A stretch of 15,359 bases of DNA from a bacterium (GCA_044869275.1 JBIOXB010000248.1:1-15359); one strand, 5' to 3'; shown: positions 1 through 8,199, numbered from the stretch's first letter. Notes: generated from the sequence alone by a model not told the origin. A program made the numbers and translations.

Positions 1-1365
1 TTCGTAGGCAAGTTCCTCTTTGGCACGAGCGGGGCTATGCTTGCCATTGGTGTTTCCGTTGGCCATGGTTTCGCCGTGCTGGCTGAGATCCAACCCAATT
101 TCCTCCTGCTCTGGGAACACACGCAACGGAATAATTCTGTCCGTCAACTTGTAAAGCAGAAAACCACCCACAAAGCTATAGACGCCGACGATCACCACCG
201 CGAGCAGATGATAGAGAAATATTTTGGAGTCGCCGTGGATCAAGCCGACGCCTTGCGCGAAAACACCGGTGGCGATCATTCCCACCATGCCGCCCACACC
301 GTGGCAGGGAAATACATCCAGCGTGTCATCGAGCGTTGATTTTGTTTTCAAATGCACGGCGTAGTTGCTAATGATGCTGGCGAGCGTACCAATCAGAATG
401 CTTGCGCCCACATTGACGTATCCTGCCGCGGGTGTGATGGCAACCAAACCCACGACCGCGCCGATGCAAGCGCCCAGGGCCGAAGGCTTGCGGCCGCGTA
501 TCGCATCAAACAGAATCCAGGCGAGCATGGCTGCCGCCGAAGCCGTGTTCGTGGTGAGAAAGGCGGAGGTGGCCAGTTCCGAGGCAGCCAGCGCCGAGCC
601 GGCATTGAACCCGAACCAGCCGAACCACAGCATGCCGGTGCCGAGCATGACAAAAGGAATATTGGCGGGCGCGTGCGGTTCACGCGAGTAGTCTTTTCTG
701 CGCCCCAATACCAGTGCACCGGCGAGCGCGGCAAAACCTGCGGTCATGTGCACCACGGTGCCGCCGGCAAAATCGAGCACACCCCATTGCCGCAAGAATC
801 CGTTGGGATGCCAGGTCCAATGCGCGACCGGCGAATAAATAAAAATGCTGAAGAGACAAATGAAGAGCAGATAGCTGGAGAAGCGCACGCGTTCCGCGAA
901 GGAACCGGTAATCAGCGCGGGCGTGATGATGGCAAATTTGAGTTGAAACAGCGCGAATAAAATGAGCGGAATTGTGGGTGCGAGATCGGGATGCGTGGCG
1001 CTGCCCACGCGCGTGAACATGAAATAGGTCGAGGGATTGCCGATCAATCCCCAGCCGGTGCCGCCCACGCTGTCTCCGAACGCGAGGCTAAAACCGACCA
1101 CGATCCACAAAATACTGATCACACCGAGCGCGATGAAGCTTTGCAGCATGGTGGAAATTACGTTCTTGGTTCTCACCATGCCACCGTAGAAAAACGACAA
1201 TCCGGGCGTCATGAGCAGCACCAGGGCGGTGGCGGTCAGCATCCAGGCCACGTCGCCGGCATTGATTGGCCCGCCGGTGACCTCTTGTTTGGCGGTAGGA
1301 TAAATCACGCCCAGCAGGCTGACGAGCATCAGAAGCGCGAACGGGAAAAACCATCTGAGTTTCAT
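1..1365 (-). CDS. amtB: Ammonium transporter (Amt/MEP family), 3' end truncated by window edge
   Basis: Not in the ORF track because it has no stop in the window; I translated the N-terminal, central and C-terminal segments by hand. ATG at 1365 with RBS AGGAGA. N-terminus MKLRWFFPFALLMLVSLLG..., then AWMLTATALVLLMTPGLSFFYGGMVRTKN, DFAGGTVVHMTAG, LDDTLDVFPCHGVGG (both pore His present) and EEIGLDLSQHGE. Confidence 0.96.
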   Translation of the reverse strand, partial: MKLRWFFPFALLMLVSLLGVIYPTAKQEVTGGPINAGDVAWMLTATALVLLMTPGLSFFYGGMVRTKNVISTMLQSFIALGVISILWIVVGFSLAFGDSVGGTGWGLIGNPSTYFMFTRVGSATHPDLAPTIPLILFALFQLKFAIITPALITGSFAERVRFSSYLLFICLFSIFIYSPVAHWTWHPNGFLRQWGVLDFAGGTVVHMTAGFAALAGALVLGRRKDYSREPHAPANIPFVMLGTGMLWFGWFGFNAGSALAASELATSAFLTTNTASAAAMLAWILFDAIRGRKPSALGACIGAVVGLVAITPAAGYVNVGASILIGTLASIISNYAVHLKTKSTLDDTLDVFPCHGVGGMVGMIATGVFAQGVGLIHGDSKIFLYHLLAVVIVGVYSFVGGFLLYKLTDRIIPLRVFPEQEEIGLDLSQHGETMANGNTNGKHSPARAKEELAYE

Positions 1366-1500
1366 GTCTTTCTCCTGAATTGGTTCCTCGCACATTATCC
1401 GCAGATTCTTTATCTGCAAGATCCGCGGAAAGAGAATTTTGCGATGCCGCTTAACTGCGCTATGTTCCTCGTGTCCTTTTCAGCTTGAATCAAGATAAGT

Positions 1501-1602
1501 GAAAACATAACTTAATAATGTTTTGGCTCATAAAATATGAAACAATAAATAAAAGTCAAGAGAAAATTTAATAAATTAACAATAATTAAGTTATTTGTTT
1601 TC
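1501..1602. promoter_or_regulatory. Palindromic operator-like sites flanking the amt promoter
   Basis: AAAACAT-N9-ATGTTTT at 1502-1524. A related copy in inverted orientation lies at ~1578-1602 (revcomp gaaaacaaataacttaattattgtt vs gaaaacataacttaataatgtt). Confidence 0.4.
1532..1559 (-). promoter_or_regulatory. Putative sigma70-type promoter of amt (TTGACT-N16-TATTTT)
   Basis: Minus strand reads cTTGACT-tttatttattgtttca-TATTTT within a very AT-rich patch about 170 nt upstream of the amt ATG. Confidence 0.55.
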
Positions 1603-1842
1603 CTAGAAAAGAGTGTCATTTCCAAGCTTTTGGAGAAAGTTCAGGCACGCCACTGCTCGTGCTTAGGATATGCAGGCAGCCAGCGCAACGGCGCTTACGA
1701 TTCAGCTTCATGGCGTGCGGGTGTTGAAGTATTTCCGGTGGGAGTGCGCTGCGAGATTCTTGCGCCGTCACCGATTCATGCGCCGGTGAAATGGAAGGGA
1801 AAAGCGAGGGGGAGGCGATAACGGCAAATTGTATTCGTGAGT

Positions 1843-2628
1843 TTATAGAGTCAATATGGTTCCCACCGCTTCCTCGCCATGCACCACGCGCCGTAATTCC
1901 GCAGCATGGCATAGAATGATCGCCTCGACCCCCGCCTGCAATGCGGCAAAAGATTCGTCTAATTTGGGGATCATGCCCGAGGAAACCACGCCCTTTGATT
2001 TCAGAGATTGATAGTGTTGGGGCGTCAGCCGGGGAATCACATCTGCTTCGTCCGCGGAAGCCAGTACGCCTTTTTTATCAAAACAATAAATCAACGTCGT
2101 GCGATGGTGCGGCACCAGCGCGCTGGCAAGCGCGGCCGCGAGGGTATCAGCGTTGGTGTTGAGCATCGTCCCACGGCCGTCGTGGGTCAGCGGCGCAAAA
2201 ACCGGCGTAAGGCCGGCATGCAAGAATTGTATCACTACCGCCGTGTTGACGCGCTCAATGTCACCGACAAAGCCAAAATCGAGACGGGGATGTTGCCGTT
2301 TTCGCGCGGCGAGGGCGTTGGCATCGGCGCCCGTCAGTCCTATCGCATTGCAACCCCGCGCTTGCAATCCGCTGACGATAGTTTTGTTGATCCAGCCGGC
2401 ATAAACCATCATGACCACTTTCAGCGTTTCGGCATCGGTCAGGCGGCGACCCTCGACCATTTTTGTCTCAACCCCAAGGGCCGTTGCAACCTCGGTCGCC
2501 AGTTTGCCGCCGCCGTGCACCAAAATTTTTTGGCCTGCGATCGTCGCAAAGTCATCCAAAAAGGCGGCCAGCACTTCGGATGAATCGATGACGTTGCCGC
2601 CGATCTTAGCGAGCAAGAGCTTTTCCAT
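1843..2628 (-). CDS. argB: Acetylglutamate kinase
   Basis: Likely start MEKLLLAKIGGNVID (ATG 2628), not the ORF-track start at 2805. Motifs ILVHGGGK, GRRLTD, GFVGDI, NTNADT and SGMIPKL of the amino-acid kinase (NAGK) family; 261 aa. Confidence 0.95.
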   Translation of the reverse strand: MEKLLLAKIGGNVIDSSEVLAAFLDDFATIAGQKILVHGGGKLATEVATALGVETKMVEGRRLTDAETLKVVMMVYAGWINKTIVSGLQARGCNAIGLTGADANALAARKRQHPRLDFGFVGDIERVNTAVVIQFLHAGLTPVFAPLTHDGRGTMLNTNADTLAAALASALVPHHRTTLIYCFDKKGVLASADEADVIPRLTPQHYQSLKSKGVVSSGMIPKLDESFAALQAGVEAIILCHAAELRRVVHGEEAVGTILTL

Positions 2629-2636
2629 GACCCAAA

Positions 2637-3005
2637 CTATCTGGTAAAATGATAGACCAAAACTGCGCCCAGCGCAAAGAATAACGCGTCTTGCAGCCGA
2701 TCGCGCAGCATGAGAATCATCAAGTCTATGTTCTTGTACTGCTCGACTTCTCTGATCCCGCCCAGCAGAAAGCCGCCCAAAGCCGCGCTCCAATAGGAGG
2801 GCCAAGCCAACACCGGCAAGAATATGACCACGGAGTAACTCGTATGCAAAACCTGGTCGATGATGTTTTGCAGGCCGATGTGCCGCGGCCGGAAGCGGCG
2901 CCGCAGGGCGGCGATATGAAGCACCTCCTGATATACTGCCGGGGTAGTATCATTCAACACTTTGCCGACTTCGTCGGCGAGTCTTTCTTTGGACGCGGCT
3001 TCCAT
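2637..3005 (-). CDS. Small membrane protein, VanZ/YfiM-like motif pattern (hypothetical)
   Basis: 122 aa with GGAG upstream; fits between neighbours, ending 8 nt before argB. About three hydrophobic segments with a DQxxH..Y / GGIRExEQ / D..F..G pattern reminiscent of VanZ-like proteins. Confidence 0.7.
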   Translation of the reverse strand: MEAASKERLADEVGKVLNDTTPAVYQEVLHIAALRRRFRPRHIGLQNIIDQVLHTSYSVVIFLPVLAWPSYWSAALGGFLLGGIREVEQYKNIDLMILMLRDRLQDALFFALGAVLVYHFTR

Positions 3006-3048
3006 AATCCATGCTCCGTAAAGGTAAAAAGCAAACGCGTGAGGGAAC

Positions 3049-3939
3049 TCAATGCTGAGGAATTTCGACGGCGTCGACCAAGTGAATCTGCGCTTCGCCC
3101 TTTTTCAATCCCATGACTTCTATGTGCAGTTTTTCGGATTCCGGATGGAGCAAGAGATAATTAAAAGGTCGAGGGCCAGGACTCTGAAACTGATCGTGGT
3201 GCCGCCTCCTCCTGCCCTGATGCAGCCGCAAGCGTGGTCCGCCGCCGCCGCCAGAGACAATAAAGACTTTGCCGTTCGAGGCAAAGCGTTCGTAGCCGTG
3301 GACATGGCCGCTGATGAATGCCGCAGCCTTTGGCGAAGCAAAAAAAGCGGGCAGAAAACCGCTCTCGAGATATGGCGCGCCCTTGATGATCGCGCTGTTG
3401 GTGAAGGGCGGATGGTGTGAGAACACTAGAATGGCGCGCACCTGGGGATTTTCGCTCATTTCCTGCAGGGTGCGGTTGAACCAGCCAATCTGCGCTGCCC
3501 ATTCGGTTTTGGAGTATAGTGCAATATTGGAGTCGAGCAAGATCAGTCCCAGTTTGCGATACACGCGCGCATGCCAGCGGTGTTTATCCAACTCGGGAAA
3601 TCTTGCTGAAAAATGGAAAAGCATTTTCCGATGATTGCCCCAGTATTCGTGATTGCCCATGAGCGGGAGAAAGGGTATGCCTTTGGAGAAGGCCGGCGCA
3701 AACAAGCGATCGAATTCCTGCCATGCCAGAGCGGATGCGCCGTTGCCCACCATGTCGCCCAAATGTATGAGCAAATCGAAGTCAGCCTGGAACAAATGGC
3801 GCAAAAGCAGCTCGCGCTCCGCCTCGTTGCGTTCGCGGCGCAAAAACGTTCTTTCCATCCAGGAAGTGTGGTGTGTGTCGCCAATGACGGCGATGGGAAG
3901 TTTAGATTGCTTTTCAATGGCAGCAGGTTTCGTTGGCAT
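3049..3939 (-). CDS. Calcineurin-like metallophosphoesterase
   Basis: All five metallophosphoesterase motifs: IGDTH, HLGDMV, MGNHE, SHHPP, SGHVHGYER. Start uncertain (ATG 3939 MPTKP chosen; the ORF extends to 4017). Confidence 0.9.
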   Translation of the reverse strand: MPTKPAAIEKQSKLPIAVIGDTHHTSWMERTFLRRERNEAERELLLRHLFQADFDLLIHLGDMVGNGASALAWQEFDRLFAPAFSKGIPFLPLMGNHEYWGNHRKMLFHFSARFPELDKHRWHARVYRKLGLILLDSNIALYSKTEWAAQIGWFNRTLQEMSENPQVRAILVFSHHPPFTNSAIIKGAPYLESGFLPAFFASPKAAAFISGHVHGYERFASNGKVFIVSGGGGGPRLRLHQGRRRRHHDQFQSPGPRPFNYLLLHPESEKLHIEVMGLKKGEAQIHLVDAVEIPQH

Positions 3940-4063
3940 GAACAAGTGCGGTGCTTTGTCATTGTACAAAAATATTCCGCCGCGCTGGAAACGGCTCGTC
4001 CTGAGGCTAATACCCACGTGTTGGGCAGAATTCAGAGATCCAGCCGATCGCCTCGTTGCCGCC

Positions 4064-5200
4064 TCAATAGGATTTCATCACCTGAGCGAAGGAATCAACA
4101 AACTCATCCGCATGCTGCCGGTTGACCGTCAGCGGTGGCAACAGCCGGATCACGTTGGGAGGGTGCGCCGAGCCGGTGAAGATTTTGTGCTCGAACAGCA
4201 GCCTTTTCCTGATGTCCGCGCTGGAAAACTCCAGTTCAATTCCAATCATCAATCCGCGCCCCCGCACGGCACGAATGCCTTTGGGCCTCCGCTCCAATTC
4301 TCTCATCAAATACTCACCCAGCTTGCGACTATGATCAACCAAGTTCTCCTGGATTATGACTTCCAGCACCGCAACCGCGGCAGCGCAGGCGAGATGATTT
4401 CCGCCGAAAGTGGTTCCCAGCAATCCATGCGAAGCTTTGAATTTAGGATGAATCAGCACCCCCGCCACCGGAAAACCGTTGCCCATGCCTTTGGCAATGG
4501 TAATCAGATCCGGTTGAACGTTGGCATACTGATGCGCAAAAAATTTTCCCGAGCGGCCATAGCCCGATTGGATTTCATCTAAAATCAGCATGGCGCCGGA
4601 ATGCCGGCACAGCGCTTGAAGTTTCTGCAAAAATTCCGGCGTCGGAACGTGAATGCCTCCGATGCCCTGAATGCCCTCGACGATGACGGCGCAAATGTCA
4701 TTGCGCCGAAATGCGTGCTGCAGCGCTGCTTCATCATTCAACGGCAGAAAGATCACTTCGTGCACCTCGTTCAGTGGCGCGCGAATTTTGGCGTTGTCCG
4801 TTGCGGCGACTGCGGCCGAAGTGCGGCCATGAAAGGAATGCTCGAAAGCAATGAGGGTTTTTCTGCCATTTTCAAAAGAAGCGAGTTTGAGCGCATTTTC
4901 ATTGGCCTCGGCGCCGGAGTTGCACAAGAAAAGATGATAGTCCTCGTAGCCTGAAGTCTCGCCCAGCTTTGCGGCCAGCTCTTGCTGCAATGGAATTTGC
5001 ACGGAATTGGAATAGAAGCCGAGGCGCTCGAGCTGCTCGGTGAGCCTGCGCACGTAGTGCGGATGGCTGTGCCCGATAGAGATCACCGCATGCCCGCCGT
5101 AGAAGTCGAGATACTGCATGCCGTTTTTGTCCCAGATATAAACCTCGCGCGCTTTTACGGGCTCGATATCGTAAAGCGGATAAACCTCGAAGAGTTGCAT
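4064..5200 (-). CDS. argD: Acetylornithine aminotransferase (class III PLP aminotransferase)
   Basis: Start MQLFEVYPL (ATG 5200). Motifs YLDFYGGHAV, NSGAEANE, FHGRT, DEIQSGYGRSG, AKGMGNG (PLP Lys), GTTFGGN and RLLPPL; arg cluster context. Confidence 0.93.
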   Translation of the reverse strand: MQLFEVYPLYDIEPVKAREVYIWDKNGMQYLDFYGGHAVISIGHSHPHYVRRLTEQLERLGFYSNSVQIPLQQELAAKLGETSGYEDYHLFLCNSGAEANENALKLASFENGRKTLIAFEHSFHGRTSAAVAATDNAKIRAPLNEVHEVIFLPLNDEAALQHAFRRNDICAVIVEGIQGIGGIHVPTPEFLQKLQALCRHSGAMLILDEIQSGYGRSGKFFAHQYANVQPDLITIAKGMGNGFPVAGVLIHPKFKASHGLLGTTFGGNHLACAAAVAVLEVIIQENLVDHSRKLGEYLMRELERRPKGIRAVRGRGLMIGIELEFSSADIRKRLLFEHKIFTGSAHPPNVIRLLPPLTVNRQHADEFVDSFAQVMKSY

Positions 5201-5297
5201 GAATTTGCCTCTGCAATTTTTAACAAGAAAAACCATCCAACGAATAGAAATAACCCAACGGATCAATTTCTCATTCGTTGGGCGGCTTCCTAACACA

Positions 5298-5454
5298 AAG
5301 TTAGCTCGACAATGTTAGGTTAAATTCACCCCCGCTCAATTTGTCATGCTGTAAGCATCTTCCCTAGGTATGAGTACAGGCCTCATGGGAAGATTCCTGC
5401 GGAATGACAAACATAATAGGGGCTTTTTTAGCCAACTTAACATCGTCAAGTTAG
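5298..5454. repeat. Nested-hairpin REP/MITE-like intergenic element
   Basis: Inner stems TTTGTCAT(5340-5347)/ATGACAAA(5404-5411), ATCTTCCC/GGGAAGAT and ATGAG/CTCAT. Outer imperfect IR ttagctcgacaatgttaggtt (5301-5321) vs aacttaacatcgtcaagttag (5434-5454), 16/21 match. AAGTTAG direct repeat at 5298-5304 and 5448-5454. Confidence 0.65.
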
Positions 5455-6425
5455 TATGCCATCGCCTTCAATCTCAACCCCATCGTCTCTTCAAATCCGA
5501 ACATCAGATTCATATTCTGTACGGCCTGCCCCGAAGCCCCTTTGACCAAATTGTCGATCACGCTGATCACCAAAATTTTGCCCGCGTGTTTTTCCAAGTA
5601 GAGCACACAGTTGTTGGTATTCACCACTTGTTTGACATCGGGATTCTTCTGGCTCAGGTGCACGAACGGGTGCGTCTGGTAGTAGCTCGAATAAAGCCGC
5701 TGCGCTTCTTCGAGCGGCAGCCCGCAGTCCAAATAAATCGCGCTCAAAATTCCGCGCGCGAAGTTGCCACGCATCGGGATGAAATTGATTTGCGCTTCCC
5801 CCATCGGCTGTTGGGAACTCAAGCTTTGATAAATCTCGCCGAGATGTTGATGTTCGAAGGCCTTATAAACCTGCACATTGTTGTTGCGCCAACTGAAATG
5901 GCTGGTTTCGGTGAGCCCCTGTCCCGCCCCGGTGGAGCCGGTAATGGCGCTGACATGCACTTCGCCATGAATCAGGCGGCGCTGCGCTAGAGGCAAGAGC
6001 GCAAGCTGAATGCTCGTGGCAAAGCATCCGGGATTGGCAACGCGGGTGGCGCGCGCGATGGCCGACTTGTTCAGCTCGGGCAAACCATACACAAAGGCGT
6101 GATCCGGCGTGCGGGCGAGACGATAATCCTGGCTCAAGTCGATGATCTTGACCTCCGCGTTGATACGATGGCTGCTCAAGTATTTCGCAGATTCACCATG
6201 TCCCAAGCAAAGAAAGAGAACGTCAATTTCATCATCTATCTCGGCGGAGAACGTCAGGCCGGTTTCGCCGAGCAGATCGGCATGAACCTCCGCCACCGGC
6301 TTGCCGGCGTGATGGCGGCTGTGCGCGGTGCAAATGTCCACGAGCGGGTGTCGCAAGAGGATGCGCATGAGCTCCCCGCCGGTGTAACCGCTCGCGCCGG
6401 CAATGCCTGCTCTAAATTTTCTCAT
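5451..6425 (-). CDS. argC: N-acetyl-gamma-glutamyl-phosphate reductase
   Basis: Rossmann GASGYTGGEL, DLSQDYR, YGLPEL, catalytic ANPGCFAT, GSTGAG and DNLVKGASGQA. Overlaps the upstream fusion gene by 14 nt. Confidence 0.96.
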   Translation of the reverse strand: MRKFRAGIAGASGYTGGELMRILLRHPLVDICTAHSRHHAGKPVAEVHADLLGETGLTFSAEIDDEIDVLFLCLGHGESAKYLSSHRINAEVKIIDLSQDYRLARTPDHAFVYGLPELNKSAIARATRVANPGCFATSIQLALLPLAQRRLIHGEVHVSAITGSTGAGQGLTETSHFSWRNNNVQVYKAFEHQHLGEIYQSLSSQQPMGEAQINFIPMRGNFARGILSAIYLDCGLPLEEAQRLYSSYYQTHPFVHLSQKNPDVKQVVNTNNCVLYLEKHAGKILVISVIDNLVKGASGQAVQNMNLMFGFEETMGLRLKAMAY

Positions 6426-8199
6426 AGTTCCGATTCACTTTGTAATAAATCATGTAGGGATTCGCCAGCATCTTGGCAAAGCCGCGCGCGTCTTCGCCGG
6501 TCCAAGAATGGTAGGCTTCATTATACACGGAAAACTCCGGCGAGAGCAAATCATGCGGCGAGGTGATGCCGAGAATCTGAAAACGATAGGGCGCCAAATG
6601 CACGGACACGGTGCCCGTGACATTTTTTTGGGAGTTTTCCAGGAAGCTTTCGATGTTCCGCATCACCGGATCGAGAAACTGGCCCTCATGCAGCATATTG
6701 CCGTACCAATCCGCCAATTGATCCTTCCAATAGAGCTGCCATTTGGTGAGCACATGCTTCTCCAGCGCGTGATGCGCTTTGATGATCACCAGCGGCGCCG
6801 CGGCTTCGAAACCGATGCGGTCTTTGATGCCGAGGGTGGTGTCATCGACGTGAAGGTCGCGGCCGAGGGCGAAGGGCCCGGCAATTTTTTCCAGATGCTG
6901 GATCGCCTGCACCGGATTCCCGAAGGGCATGTCATTGACGCCCGCCAGCTCGCCGCGCTGGAAATGCAGCTCCAAGGTTCGCGGGTCGGGATTGCCGAAG
7001 CGCGTGGGGAAGGCTTCTTCCGGCAGCCATTCGGAAGAGGTGAAAGTTTCTTTGCCGCCGATGGTCGTGCCCCAGAGGCCCTTGTTCACGGAATACTGCG
7101 CTTTGGCCCAATCGAATTCGAGGCCGTGCTTTTTGAGATACTCGATTTCGGCATTGCGCGAAACGTGCTGATCGCGAATGGGCGCAATGATCGCCGCTTC
7201 CGGCATGAGTATGCTGAAAGCAATGTCAAAGCGAATTTGATCGTTGTCCAAACCCGTGCTGCCATGCGCAAGGCTTCCAGCCTTCATATCGCGCGCATAT
7301 CGCGCTAACGCCGTGGCTTGAAAGACACGCTCGGCGCTGGCAGAGAGGGGATAGGTATTGTTCTTGAGCACGTTGCCGAAGATGAGGTACTTGATGCACT
7401 TCTGGTAGTAGTTGTCGGTTTCATCGAGCACGATATGCTTCTTCACGCCCAAACGATAAGCCAAGCTCTCGATTTCCGCTAGCTCGGCCGGCGTAAAGCC
7501 GCCGCTGTTGACCACGACGGAATGTACTTCCAGATCGAGCTCCGCGGACAAGTATTTCGCGCAATAAGAAGTGTCCAATCCGCCGCTGAACGCCAGCACC
7601 ACCAGGCGGTTCTCCCGCCGCTTGATGGAAACGGTTTGCACTTCATGAGGATCGAAGAGCAAGCCCGTGCACAGGCAGTGCTTGCGATTGTTGCGCGAGA
7701 GGATGTCGTAATTGCGGCAGGTTTTGCAACCGTCCCAAAATTCGCTATCCGTCGTCAATTCGGAAAAAGGCACGGGCTTGAAGCTCAACTCGGCGTTCAT
7801 CTTCATCACCGCGTGGCTGGTGGTGATGGAAAAGATTTTGGCATTGGGATATTTCTTGCGCGACAATTCAAAGATCGCGTGCTTGATTCTTTTGCCCAAG
7901 CCGGAATTTCTGAATGCCGGATCCACGATCAAGCCGGAGTTGGCGACGTACTGGCCGTGGGTCCAGGTTTCGATATAGCTGAACCCGATGAGTGCGCCAG
8001 TGCGGTGGAAAGCGATCACCGCTTTGCCCTCCCGCATTTTTTGCGCGAGATACTCCGGCGGCCGTTTGGCAATGCCGATGCCGCGCGCTTTGGCGCTCTC
8101 TTCCAGCATGCGGCTGATCTGCTCGGCGTGACCGACATGGGCTTCGGTGGCGACCTCTATGGTGAAGGCGTCCAGGGTTTCTTGAAGATGGCTGTTCAT
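6412..8199 (-). CDS. argG: Fusion: N-terminal GNAT acetyltransferase (Bacteroidetes-type ArgA-like N-acylglutamate synthase) + C-terminal argininosuccinate synthase
   Basis: 595 aa in one frame. Residues ~1-185 are GNAT-like (SAKARGIGIAKR, ANSGLIVDPAFRNSGLG, FWDGCKTCRNYDIL, CLCTG). From ~residue 198 the ArgG motifs appear: VVLAFSGGLDTS, NTYPLS, HGSTGxxNDQIRF, YSVNKGLWG, IGFEAAA. Confidence 0.92.
   Translation of the reverse strand: MNSHLQETLDAFTIEVATEAHVGHAEQISRMLEESAKARGIGIAKRPPEYLAQKMREGKAVIAFHRTGALIGFSYIETWTHGQYVANSGLIVDPAFRNSGLGKRIKHAIFELSRKKYPNAKIFSITTSHAVMKMNAELSFKPVPFSELTTDSEFWDGCKTCRNYDILSRNNRKHCLCTGLLFDPHEVQTVSIKRRENRLVVLAFSGGLDTSYCAKYLSAELDLEVHSVVVNSGGFTPAELAEIESLAYRLGVKKHIVLDETDNYYQKCIKYLIFGNVLKNNTYPLSASAERVFQATALARYARDMKAGSLAHGSTGLDNDQIRFDIAFSILMPEAAIIAPIRDQHVSRNAEIEYLKKHGLEFDWAKAQYSVNKGLWGTTIGGKETFTSSEWLPEEAFPTRFGNPDPRTLELHFQRGELAGVNDMPFGNPVQAIQHLEKIAGPFALGRDLHVDDTTLGIKDRIGFEAAAPLVIIKAHHALEKHVLTKWQLYWKDQLADWYGNMLHEGQFLDPVMRNIESFLENSQKNVTGTVSVHLAPYRFQILGITSPHDLLSPEFSVYNEAYHSWTGEDARGFAKMLANPYMIYYKVNRNYEKI

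Noticed and set aside
37..1488. Plus-strand ORFs 37..339, 352..960, 365..691 and 991..1488
   Set aside because: Antisense shadows of amt; no recognisable motifs.
1616..1912. Short ORFs between amt and argB (1616..1912 minus, 1630..1821 plus) and hairpin TCACCG/CGGTGA at 1768-1789
   Set aside because: No RBS or family signature. The hairpin has no convincing U-tract, so it is not called a terminator, and I see no glutamine-riboswitch consensus.
2629..2805. N-terminal extension of argB in the ORF track
   Set aside because: Overlaps the 122-aa membrane gene; NAGK similarity begins at MEKLLLAKIGG.
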